Source: Candidatus Omnitrophota bacterium
GTDB lineage: Bacteria > Omnitrophota > Gorgyraeia > 2-01-FULL-45-10
Reading direction: 5' to 3'
Assembly (NCBI GenBank): GCA_023818895.1
Contig: JAMWCX010000001.1
Location: 539,789-571,788 of the forward strand
DNA: 32,000 bases
Part shown: one piece after another, positions 1 to 7,498 of the stretch
Position numbering within the stretch: the stretch's first letter is position 1
Layout of the letters: every line of letters begins with the position of its first letter
Program-made: the position numbers and the translations under genes
Notes under the pieces: model-generated
Databases searched by the model: none
The model's input: the letters and a program-made list of their open reading frames with translations, nothing else
Told to the model about the DNA's origin: nothing

Positions 1-689
1 CCGTATCGATATACTTTACCGCAAAACGGTTTGAAAAAATGTCGCTTATCATAAAGGCTCCAATCCGGGAACGGAAGCGTATCAAGGTCTTCAAGCGGCC
101 CGATTTCGTTCTTAACGACTCCGGAAGATGTCTTTACCCAAAGATTAGGAATTCTGTCATATGGCCTTCCTTCCTCAAGGCTAACACATAAATTACGGAA
201 TGGCGTCTCCCCCTCGCCGATGCAAACAATATCAATATTTTTGTTATCGATAAACTTTTCAGGATTCATAGTCACGCATTTGCCGCCAACAGCCACTACA
301 CTATCCTTATCCGAAATGCTGTTTATAATCTCAATTGCAAGCGGATAGTTATAGGCGGTCGGAATGGTAACTGCAATAAGCCGGGGATTATATTGCTTCA
401 CTTTAGTATTGAAATCGCGGAGATAATCACGCGATTCCCTAATAACTCCAAATTTTTTCATATCAACTGGGAGAAATTCTCCAACCTTCTCGTTCTTTTT
501 TCGGTCTTCATACTCAGTGGTCTTATAATAAGTCGTGTCGAATATATCGACTGGGAATTTTTCATTACGAGCTACCGCGATAAGCGATGAAAGTCCAATT
601 GGGAGGAAGCCCTCAATTCCAGACATTGGATTCACAAATAGTATTTTTGTGGCACGATTTTCAGTTTTTCCCAGTGTAACTTGTCTCAT
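1..689 (-). CDS. B12-binding-domain radical SAM protein, N-terminal 229 aa only (gene continues past window start)
   Basis: Absent from the supplied ORF track because it has no stop inside the window. My own minus-strand translation from ATG 689-687 stays open to position 1: MRQVTLGKTENRATKILFVNPMSGIEGFLPIGLSSLIAVARNEKFPVDIFD...RLIAVTIPTAYNYPLAIEIINSISDKDSVVAVGGKCVTMNPEKFIDNKNIDIVCIGEGETPFRNLCVSLEEGRPYDRIPNLWVKTSSGVVKNEIGPLEDLDTLPFPDWSLYDKRHFFKPFCGKVYRY. It has the same cobalamin-binding N-domain layout (GG...GEGE, LDxLPFPD) as the complete ORFs at 8593-10302 and 16822-18357. The CX3CX2C cluster would lie outside the window. Confidence 0.7.
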   Translation of the reverse strand, partial: MRQVTLGKTENRATKILFVNPMSGIEGFLPIGLSSLIAVARNEKFPVDIFDTTYYKTTEYEDRKKNEKVGEFLPVDMKKFGVIRESRDYLRDFNTKVKQYNPRLIAVTIPTAYNYPLAIEIINSISDKDSVVAVGGKCVTMNPEKFIDNKNIDIVCIGEGETPFRNLCVSLEEGRPYDRIPNLWVKTSSGVVKNEIGPLEDLDTLPFPDWSLYDKRHFFKPFCGKVYRY

Positions 690-730
690 AATTCGCTTAT
701 ACTCCCATGCAATAGCGGACTCCTAGATAT

Positions 731-1693
731 CTATTTCTGACAAAGCACAGTCACCCGATGGCGAAAAGGTCCTTCAAACCTATGAAAAAATGGCGGTCTT
801 AAAGAGAGATAGTAACGATAAAATGCGCATTCTTCATCAACGAGGTGCACATCATTTCTATTCCATGGGTATTTTTCAAATTCGATAACTTCACCCCCTG
901 GAAGTTCTTTTTTTACCCTATTTAAACAATAAAAAAGCGCCCCATCTACCACGTGCGATCGCATATATGCAAAATAACGCATTATAGTTTTGTAATCCAT
1001 TTCTTGCATTGAGGCTATGTTAACTATCAGTCCGAATCTTATATCATTCAACGCCTCAATATTTTCCGATGGACAATAAACAAAATCATATCTCCCCGTT
1101 GAGCAGGTAGCGTTTTCGGGACTAAACACTAAATGATGTCTCGCCTGCCTAAAAATACGCTGTAGATAGATTGCTTGAAAAAGCAGGACTTTTCCAATAT
1201 CAACAAGAACAATAGTCGATCGGGGATAGAGCACCTTAATCATAGCCGAGAGAAAACCATATCCATCACCTATCATAAGTACGGCAATGGAATCTCTCTT
1301 ATCTGCATTAAAATGTTTTAGGATAACATTAAGAGAACAGAGCTGCCTGAAAGATTCATATGAAAGATAGCTATCGACCGCTTTCAACAAGTCACTCGAA
1401 AGCTTCATAAGGTTTTTGATTGCAAAGCGATCGGGTAGGGTTATCAAATATGAGTTGTTGCAAATCATATGGACAATCTTATTAAAGATATGAGTGTTGT
1501 CCATAAGTCCAAAGCCACTACCTCTGAGTACCCGCACATTACCATTATAGTCTATGCTAACTCTTATCCTGGAGCTGTGGTATTTCCAATGAGAAGAAAC
1601 GAAACGCTTGTCCGTATCTTCTCTGCCGTAATACCTATTAAATATTTCGCTAATGATTTTCGGTTCCGGTAATTTATATATATTAAGCTTCAC
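731..1693 (-). CDS. SAM-dependent methyltransferase, probably a sugar O-methyltransferase
   Basis: 320-aa ORF. The GTG start at 1693 overlaps the upstream TGA (GTGA, 1690-1693). A motif-I-like SAM-binding stretch VLMIGDGYGFLSAMI is followed by VLVDIG. Size and layout resemble the stand-alone putative sugar O-methyltransferases that I recall accompanying sialic/nonulosonic acid loci; that family assignment is from memory, not a search. Confidence 0.5.
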   Translation of the reverse strand: MKLNIYKLPEPKIISEIFNRYYGREDTDKRFVSSHWKYHSSRIRVSIDYNGNVRVLRGSGFGLMDNTHIFNKIVHMICNNSYLITLPDRFAIKNLMKLSSDLLKAVDSYLSYESFRQLCSLNVILKHFNADKRDSIAVLMIGDGYGFLSAMIKVLYPRSTIVLVDIGKVLLFQAIYLQRIFRQARHHLVFSPENATCSTGRYDFVYCPSENIEALNDIRFGLIVNIASMQEMDYKTIMRYFAYMRSHVVDGALFYCLNRVKKELPGGEVIEFEKYPWNRNDVHLVDEECAFYRYYLSLRPPFFHRFEGPFRHRVTVLCQK

Positions 1694-3498
1694 TCTATCG
1701 TCTTTCTGGAAAAGTCTTTCATATTAGTTTGCATTTCATACAAATGTTTATAGAGGCCCTGTTTCTTCACAAGATCTTTATGCGCACCACTTTCAACCAG
1801 AACACCTTTATCAAGCACAATAATATTATCAGCCTCCATAATCGTTGACAGACGATGCGTAATCGCAACCACAGTTCTGTTCTTTGTCAGACGGTCTATC
1901 GCGCCTTTTATTAAACGCTCCGTTTCCGTATCAAGAGAGCTGGTTGCTTCATCAAGTATAAGGATATCCGGATCGCTGATGATCGCGCGTGCAATAGATA
2001 TCCGCTGCCTCTGTCCACCAGAAAGCGTAATTCCTCTCTCACCTAGAACCGTATCGTAACCATTCGGAAGGCTCATGATGAAGTCATGGGCCCCTGCGGC
2101 TTTTGCCGCTTCTATAATCTTTTCGTTTTTAACATCAACACAACCATAACAAATATTTTCCCTCGCGCTCTTATTGAAAACGAATATATCTTGGGAAACA
2201 AACCCTATCTTTTTTCTCCACTCAGGTAACGATAAATCCTTTAGGTTAATTCCATCAACTAATATAACTCCTGATGATGGGTCATAAAATCTGAGAATAA
2301 GGTTAACTATCGTACTTTTACCGACACCCGAAGAACCTACGATAGCGGTCACTTTTCCCCGCGGTATATTTATGTTCACCTTATCAAGAACCGGTTTACC
2401 TTCTAAATATGCAAAGCTTACATCTTTGAAATCGATGGAGTCTGAGAACTCTTTCAGCTTGAAGACACCACTTTTTATGACCATTTTCCCTGTATCATCG
2501 TAAATCGCTTCATATCTTTTGAAAGAAGCCAAATTATTAATGGCATCCGAACGAGAGCCATTCAGGGTGTTAAGCTGGGTCAAGGCCCTGATCAAAACCA
2601 AAAGATATGTAGCCATAACTGGGAATGTAGACGCTATGTCTATCCTAACTACGTTGACTAAAAACAGAAAAAGAGCCACTATAAGGAAAAATATCAGTGT
2701 TTCGGATAGCGGAATAAGTAGATTGATATATTTGTTGCTTATATATTGTAATCGCGTCAATTTTTTTATAGAACTAGCAAAATCGCGTTTTTCAATATTC
2801 TCGGTTCCGAAAGTCTTTATTACCCGTATCCCGCTGAAAATCTCGGTCAGTTTGTGGTTGTAATCCGAAATGGCCCGAGAAACATCTTCCCCCAGCTTTT
2901 TCAACCGCAACATAATCATTTCCAGCGGCAATAGAACTCCGGCCACCATTAAAAATATCACAATACTTGCCTTAATCGATATGGCAAAGAGAAGTGCTAT
3001 GTATGTCAAAATTCTGCCTGATATGGCTACAAATTTGAGCGCTTCCATAATGAAACCGCCCATCCTCGTTGTCTCTATAGTAAGAGCGCTTATAAGGTGA
3101 CCGCTATTCGTCATATCATAATATTTGAGATCGTATTCGATAAGCTTATTCATGAGGCCCGTATTCAAATCTCTGATAATGGCGAAGCGTAATTTTGATA
3201 TAAGAACATTTGAAATATAGGAGAATGCGTTCTTTACCGCTATGAGAATAAAGACGATTGAAAATATTATAGATACTGATGAGGCTCCTTCCTTAAAGTG
3301 CAATATTCTGAGGTGCCCCAATAGCGGAATATCGGCAAGCGGGTTTGGCACGGCATTGGTCATGCCCTGCAAAAGCGGTATAAGCATGCCTAAGCTTGCA
3401 CCTTCAAACAAAGACGCCATTGCGATCATAACAAGTGTCGCGCCTGTCAGATAAGGATATTTCTTGAGATATTTGTAAGCAACTCGCAATATCTCCAT
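1690..3498 (-). CDS. ABC exporter, fused permease + ATPase (MsbA/PglK-type half transporter)
   Basis: 602-aa ORF. The N-terminal ~300 aa are hydrophobic with about six predicted TM segments. The C-terminal NBD has Walker A GSSGVGKST, ABC signature LSGGQRQRISIARA, Walker B ILILDEATSSLD and H-loop AITHRL. There is no N-terminal C39 peptidase domain. Confidence 0.9.
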   Translation of the reverse strand: MEILRVAYKYLKKYPYLTGATLVMIAMASLFEGASLGMLIPLLQGMTNAVPNPLADIPLLGHLRILHFKEGASSVSIIFSIVFILIAVKNAFSYISNVLISKLRFAIIRDLNTGLMNKLIEYDLKYYDMTNSGHLISALTIETTRMGGFIMEALKFVAISGRILTYIALLFAISIKASIVIFLMVAGVLLPLEMIMLRLKKLGEDVSRAISDYNHKLTEIFSGIRVIKTFGTENIEKRDFASSIKKLTRLQYISNKYINLLIPLSETLIFFLIVALFLFLVNVVRIDIASTFPVMATYLLVLIRALTQLNTLNGSRSDAINNLASFKRYEAIYDDTGKMVIKSGVFKLKEFSDSIDFKDVSFAYLEGKPVLDKVNINIPRGKVTAIVGSSGVGKSTIVNLILRFYDPSSGVILVDGINLKDLSLPEWRKKIGFVSQDIFVFNKSARENICYGCVDVKNEKIIEAAKAAGAHDFIMSLPNGYDTVLGERGITLSGGQRQRISIARAIISDPDILILDEATSSLDTETERLIKGAIDRLTKNRTVVAITHRLSTIMEADNIIVLDKGVLVESGAHKDLVKKQGLYKHLYEMQTNMKDFSRKTIE

Positions 3499-3503
3499 AT
3501 TAC

Positions 3504-5393
3504 CTATCCCCCCCCTAACAGAGCGCTGAGACTAACTCTTTCGGATTTCTTATAGATATATTCATCAAATAAAGATAAGTCTATTTCTGGATCTATGCCA
3601 AGTTCCAGTATACCACATAGAGCCCGGTTGAGATCATGCGCTTGCCTTACCCAATATACCGCACTCTTCTTAATATCCGCATCAGGTCTTACCTCAAACG
3701 CCGGAATATGACAATACCGACCATTACCTCCAAACAGCAGCACTGGTATATGGTTCTGAAGCGCCTCCTCAATGGTAGTTGATGAAAAACTGACAAGTAG
3801 ATCTGCCATACCCAACACTTCAATAAAAGGTTCTTTAACGCTAAGTACGACATTATCCGAAAATTTGATTAAGTCTGTTATTTCTGCCACTCCGATCTCG
3901 CGCACAGGCCGAAACCTGACAACAATTACGGTATCTGGTATATTTTTCGCTGCCTCGACCAGCTGCCGTACACTCTCTATATACTCATCACTAGTCTCGT
4001 AGATATATGGCCGGGAGCATTTATTTGTGTTTGGCGTACTGGCGTGCACGATTACCCTAGTGCTATCAAGACTACGCCCATGACCGAACATCCTATTAAA
4101 TAAAGCTCGACTTATTTCTCTGTTTACGCTACCACCCCATATTAGCGGACCCGTCTTTAGAAGATTGCTACTCGATGGGAAGATTTTCAGGTAGCCCTCG
4201 GCGAGAGGCGTCTGAAGCGCCAGATACGTAACGGGTAACCTCAGAAGCGTTCTTCCCTGCTCTCCCCACTCTATTTTTTCATATTCATTCTTGGGCTCCA
4301 CAAGAGAACCATGACTAATGAGGATAGTAGAAAAAGCTTTCTTTTTACCAAACTTGGCTAAAGAGGTCTCGTCGAGTCGATTGCCGCTACTTATAATAGC
4401 ATATGGTCTTAATCTGGAAAGAATATCGTCGAGTTCTATCGACCACAGGATTTCACCTATGCTGTAAGAGTATATGGCGTCAGTTAATTTCTTCTTTATC
4501 GGCTCTGCAAAAGGTATGCCTCTATAGGAAAAAATGTCTTTATCGGCATCTATCTTTTTATCCAGGTCATCAAAATAATGTTTTTGCTCAGAGAGCATCC
4601 TATAATGCTTGCCATACAACACACGAATAACCAAATCAGGGAAAGAAAAGGTCGGAATGAGAGGTCCTTCTAACAAGCAAAAGTTCATCCCAGGTAACTC
4701 ATCCTGAAGTTTTTTTATAAGCGCCCCCATCTGGTAATATCGCGTTGTAAATAATACTAGTCTCTTATGAAGACCGTAGTTACGAGTATTAGCTATGGCC
4801 CACATATGGATATATATGTATTTCATGACATAGCGCATAATATCCTTCGCTAAGTCATAGGGTCCATTGTCTTTTATTTTTTCGTCGTCTATATTTTTGA
4901 ATTCAAGTCCCATGTATGATGATATCTTCTCAGCAAAGAATCCGAGATAGTTTTCAAAGGTTTGTATCTGGGCAGTTCTAGCACTTATTCTACGTGATGA
5001 GGCTAAAACCATACATGCTTCATGAGCCCTAATAGCGTTAATAATGACCTCGATTGAACAGAGACACTCATTGACAACAAAGCGAACATAGAAAACAAAC
5101 GAGTTGCGATATGCTTCGTCCATATTCATTCCGAAATCAACGAATTTAGCATTCTCCCTGAACCATCGTATGACCTGCTCAGACTTCTTTACCACGCGCA
5201 TATGTGATTCATTCGTTAGGTATGGCAAGGTATTCTGTGCTTTGATACCGTATCTTTTCAGGCGTACATAAGCCACCGGGTTCATAGCAATAACACAGCC
5301 TAGGGGGTCACAGCCATATTTTGCCGAGTTTTTAACACAGTTATGCGCTTGAGAGGCATCATCGATAAATATAACGCTGTTATTTTTTTTCAT
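3504..5393 (-). CDS. Large orphan protein (629 aa); weak C-terminal resemblance to capsule-type/CMP-sugar GT-B transferases
   Basis: Intact ORF whose ATG at 5393 abuts the upstream TGA (TGAATG). I can assign no confident family motif. The C-terminal LLVSFSSTTIEEALQNHIPVLLFGGNGRY resembles the nucleotide-sugar-binding half of Capsule_synth (KpsC/KpsS)/TagF-like enzymes. The last three codons are a G8 tract. The CDS is very likely real; the function call is weak. Confidence 0.3.
   Translation of the reverse strand: MKKNNSVIFIDDASQAHNCVKNSAKYGCDPLGCVIAMNPVAYVRLKRYGIKAQNTLPYLTNESHMRVVKKSEQVIRWFRENAKFVDFGMNMDEAYRNSFVFYVRFVVNECLCSIEVIINAIRAHEACMVLASSRRISARTAQIQTFENYLGFFAEKISSYMGLEFKNIDDEKIKDNGPYDLAKDIMRYVMKYIYIHMWAIANTRNYGLHKRLVLFTTRYYQMGALIKKLQDELPGMNFCLLEGPLIPTFSFPDLVIRVLYGKHYRMLSEQKHYFDDLDKKIDADKDIFSYRGIPFAEPIKKKLTDAIYSYSIGEILWSIELDDILSRLRPYAIISSGNRLDETSLAKFGKKKAFSTILISHGSLVEPKNEYEKIEWGEQGRTLLRLPVTYLALQTPLAEGYLKIFPSSSNLLKTGPLIWGGSVNREISRALFNRMFGHGRSLDSTRVIVHASTPNTNKCSRPYIYETSDEYIESVRQLVEAAKNIPDTVIVVRFRPVREIGVAEITDLIKFSDNVVLSVKEPFIEVLGMADLLVSFSSTTIEEALQNHIPVLLFGGNGRYCHIPAFEVRPDADIKKSAVYWVRQAHDLNRALCGILELGIDPEIDLSLFDEYIYKKSERVSLSALLGGG
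3508..3515 (-). repeat. G8 homopolymer (C8 on + strand) at the junction of the 629-aa ORF and the ABC exporter
   Basis: Read directly. The coding strand is TTA GGG GGG GGA TAG GTA AT ATG GAG. The tract encodes the terminal GGG of the 629-aa protein and ends 9 nt upstream of the exporter ATG (3498). It is the only G/C run of 7 or more that I found in the window. Confidence 0.9.
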
Positions 5394-6746
5394 TCAATCG
5401 AACCATTCTTTTATAAGTGGTGATACGATTTTGAAATCCTCTTCGTTCCTCACCTCAATTGATGAGCAGTTGTCTTTCACTTCATAAATACCTATCTTAT
5501 CCCCCAACAGGCGCCCGTTTCTTAAAAATTCTGGATGCGTAACGCATCCTATGCCCCTGAGTTCTATGAAAGTTGGATCTTTAAATTTTCTTGGCGTGAG
5601 CCCTTCATCAAGTTGCACTATGCCTCCGGCCCTCTGCTTCCATATTGCTTTATTCTCAATCTTTGCAGCAGTAACACTATCCAGGCCGCTCTGCGTCAGC
5701 CGTACTATCATGTCATCTATCAGGCCTTTCGCGCGAAAAGGAAAGGTGATCTCGAGCGACACAACAAGATCCGGATATATGCCCATGCTCTCCAGCTTTT
5801 GAAGAGAATATTGCAGAACCTGATCTAAATTAACATGCTCTTCGGATAGGGCTTTTTCGCGGATGAAAGGAACTTCTGCCCCTAGCTCCTTCGCAATCTT
5901 TGCCAGCTGGAGGTTATCCGTAGATACAATTATCTTCTTAACATGCTTAGAATCGACCACTCTCTTTAAGGTATAATCCAACAGCGGTCTTCCGTTCAAA
6001 TATTGCACGATGCCGCGCACGGGTATGATAGCAACTATATTAAGCCTATCTATATCTATCGATTTGTAACTATAATCATTATGGAGGCCTTCCAGTATCC
6101 TCACAACATTGGCGCATCTTTCTTCGTTACCATTCTGGTGGATGCCGTGATAATGATATACGCTCGCTTCTGGCTCATATACTATCTTATAGCCTGCACT
6201 GAGAACCTGTTTAGCCCAAACCCTATCTTCGATATTGGTTACCGTTTCATCAAACGGGATCTTTTCCCAAATAGCTTTTCTGATAATGCTATTTGCATTA
6301 TGAAAAAAACTGTCCTTAATCTGGATCTTCCGGTCTAGGCCGAAAATAAGCGCCAAATCACGTTTATCCGAATCCGATGTAAAGTCCAGTGGTTCTTGAC
6401 GTCCATATACACCGGCAATAGACGGATCGCCTTCGAGACTGCTGACAAGGCACGTCAACCATGAACGATTAACCGGTATACAGTGACCGGAGAGGCAGAC
6501 AAGCATCTCACCTTCAGCAGTCCTCATTCCAATATTAAGAGCTTTCCCGGGCAAATATTCATCGCAAGTCAATATTCTTGTAACAGCGAACGCCTTTGCC
6601 TTCTCGATTGTCTTGTCAGTACTTTTATTATCTACTATGATGACTTCAAAATCTCTATAATCCTGTTCGAACACACCGGCAAGACATTGAGATATCCAGC
6701 GTTCTTCATTTTTGGTTCTTACAATTATTGAAACCTTCTTTTTCAC
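5394..6746 (-). CDS. Fusion protein: N-terminal family-2 glycosyltransferase + C-terminal cytidylyltransferase-like (NeuA/KdsB fold) domain
   Basis: 450-aa ORF with a GTG start at 6746. The N-terminus VSIIVRTKNEERWISQCLAGVFEQDYRDFEVIIVDNKSTDKT is a classic GT2 opening. From about residue 235, IVAIIPVRGIVQYLNGRPLLDYTLKRVVDSKHVKKIIVSTDNLQLAKIAKELGAEVPFIREKALSEEHV matches the CTP_transf_3 layout, but the GSK/GSTR...KN phosphate-binding loop is shortened. Confidence 0.75.
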   Translation of the reverse strand: MKKKVSIIVRTKNEERWISQCLAGVFEQDYRDFEVIIVDNKSTDKTIEKAKAFAVTRILTCDEYLPGKALNIGMRTAEGEMLVCLSGHCIPVNRSWLTCLVSSLEGDPSIAGVYGRQEPLDFTSDSDKRDLALIFGLDRKIQIKDSFFHNANSIIRKAIWEKIPFDETVTNIEDRVWAKQVLSAGYKIVYEPEASVYHYHGIHQNGNEERCANVVRILEGLHNDYSYKSIDIDRLNIVAIIPVRGIVQYLNGRPLLDYTLKRVVDSKHVKKIIVSTDNLQLAKIAKELGAEVPFIREKALSEEHVNLDQVLQYSLQKLESMGIYPDLVVSLEITFPFRAKGLIDDMIVRLTQSGLDSVTAAKIENKAIWKQRAGGIVQLDEGLTPRKFKDPTFIELRGIGCVTHPEFLRNGRLLGDKIGIYEVKDNCSSIEVRNEEDFKIVSPLIKEWFD

Positions 6747-6748
6747 TT

Positions 6749-7498
6749 CTACCTTTTCCTTCCGATATTCCTTATAATCCTATCATACCTCGGCACGTAT
6801 CGCTTATACGATGCCATCGCAGTCATTAAATAATCAGCTAATTTCAGGTCTTCTTCTTTTTTTACGATAAAGGAGGTAAGTTTGCTAACACCAAAATACC
6901 CGACTTTCCCGCATAGAAGAGCATAACCTCTAGTTTCAAATGCCTTCCGGAACGTCGACGATCTCCACATCATCGTTGAATAGACAAATTGCTGTACGGG
7001 TATAAGATCCTGTGTTTGGGCAAATACCTCGTTGATTTTGAAATTCACGGGGGTACCATTATAAATACAATGCACTTGTTCATGCTTGACCGTCATAAGC
7101 GAGTCCAATCCTTTTGCGCGAAAATACTCGACCATCTTTCGCACCTCCGCACCCTGCTGAAAAGGCGCAATTGGACTAATCCAAGCTACAATATCGCATG
7201 GATATTTACTCACAAAATCATATACAACCACATCGGTCTTGGTGGTCGGACTCACGATACTATCAGGCCTTTTGTAGAAATCTACCCCATATCTACAGGC
7301 TATTTTTGAGAATATTTCATCTTCGGCATTCACGATTATCCTGTCAAAAACACCGGCTTCCATTGCTGCTTTTATCGCATAATAAATAAGCGGCTTGCCG
7401 CCAACAAGCGCAAGATTTTTCATCAAGAGCCGCGTGCTCCCAAGCTTTGCTGGTATCATAGCAATAGTAGAGCATTTCGCCATACAGCTTTCCTCCAT
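6749..7498 (-). CDS. Cytidylyltransferase (acylneuraminate/KdsB family)
   Basis: 249-aa ORF. IAMIPAKLGSTRLLMKNLALVGGKPLIYYAIKAAMEAGVFDRIIVNAEDEIFSKIACRYGVDFYKRP fits the KdsB/NeuA N-terminal CTP-binding pattern (IPAR-xSxR-xxxKN...GKPLI). The ATG at 7498 overlaps the upstream TAA (TAATG). An internal ATG at 7483 (MAKCST...) is preceded by GGAGG and may be the true start. Confidence 0.75.
   Translation of the reverse strand: MEESCMAKCSTIAMIPAKLGSTRLLMKNLALVGGKPLIYYAIKAAMEAGVFDRIIVNAEDEIFSKIACRYGVDFYKRPDSIVSPTTKTDVVVYDFVSKYPCDIVAWISPIAPFQQGAEVRKMVEYFRAKGLDSLMTVKHEQVHCIYNGTPVNFKINEVFAQTQDLIPVQQFVYSTMMWRSSTFRKAFETRGYALLCGKVGYFGVSKLTSFIVKKEEDLKLADYLMTAMASYKRYVPRYDRIIRNIGRKR

Noticed and set aside
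393-726. Two small plus-strand ORFs (393-590 and 535-726), the only track entries for the first 730 nt.
   Set aside because: The minus strand here is an open frame encoding a clear B12-binding rSAM N-domain (1-689). The ORF caller missed it because it runs off the window. The plus-strand ORFs are its shadows.
5383-5390. A8/T8 homopolymer runs at 5383-5390, 14772-14779 and 16120-16127 as possible phase-variation tracts.
   Set aside because: All encode Lys-Lys(-Asn) in an AT-leaning sequence, where such runs are expected by chance. Unlike the unique G8 tract, there is nothing positional to suggest a switch. They may still be error-prone in homopolymer-sensitive sequencing.
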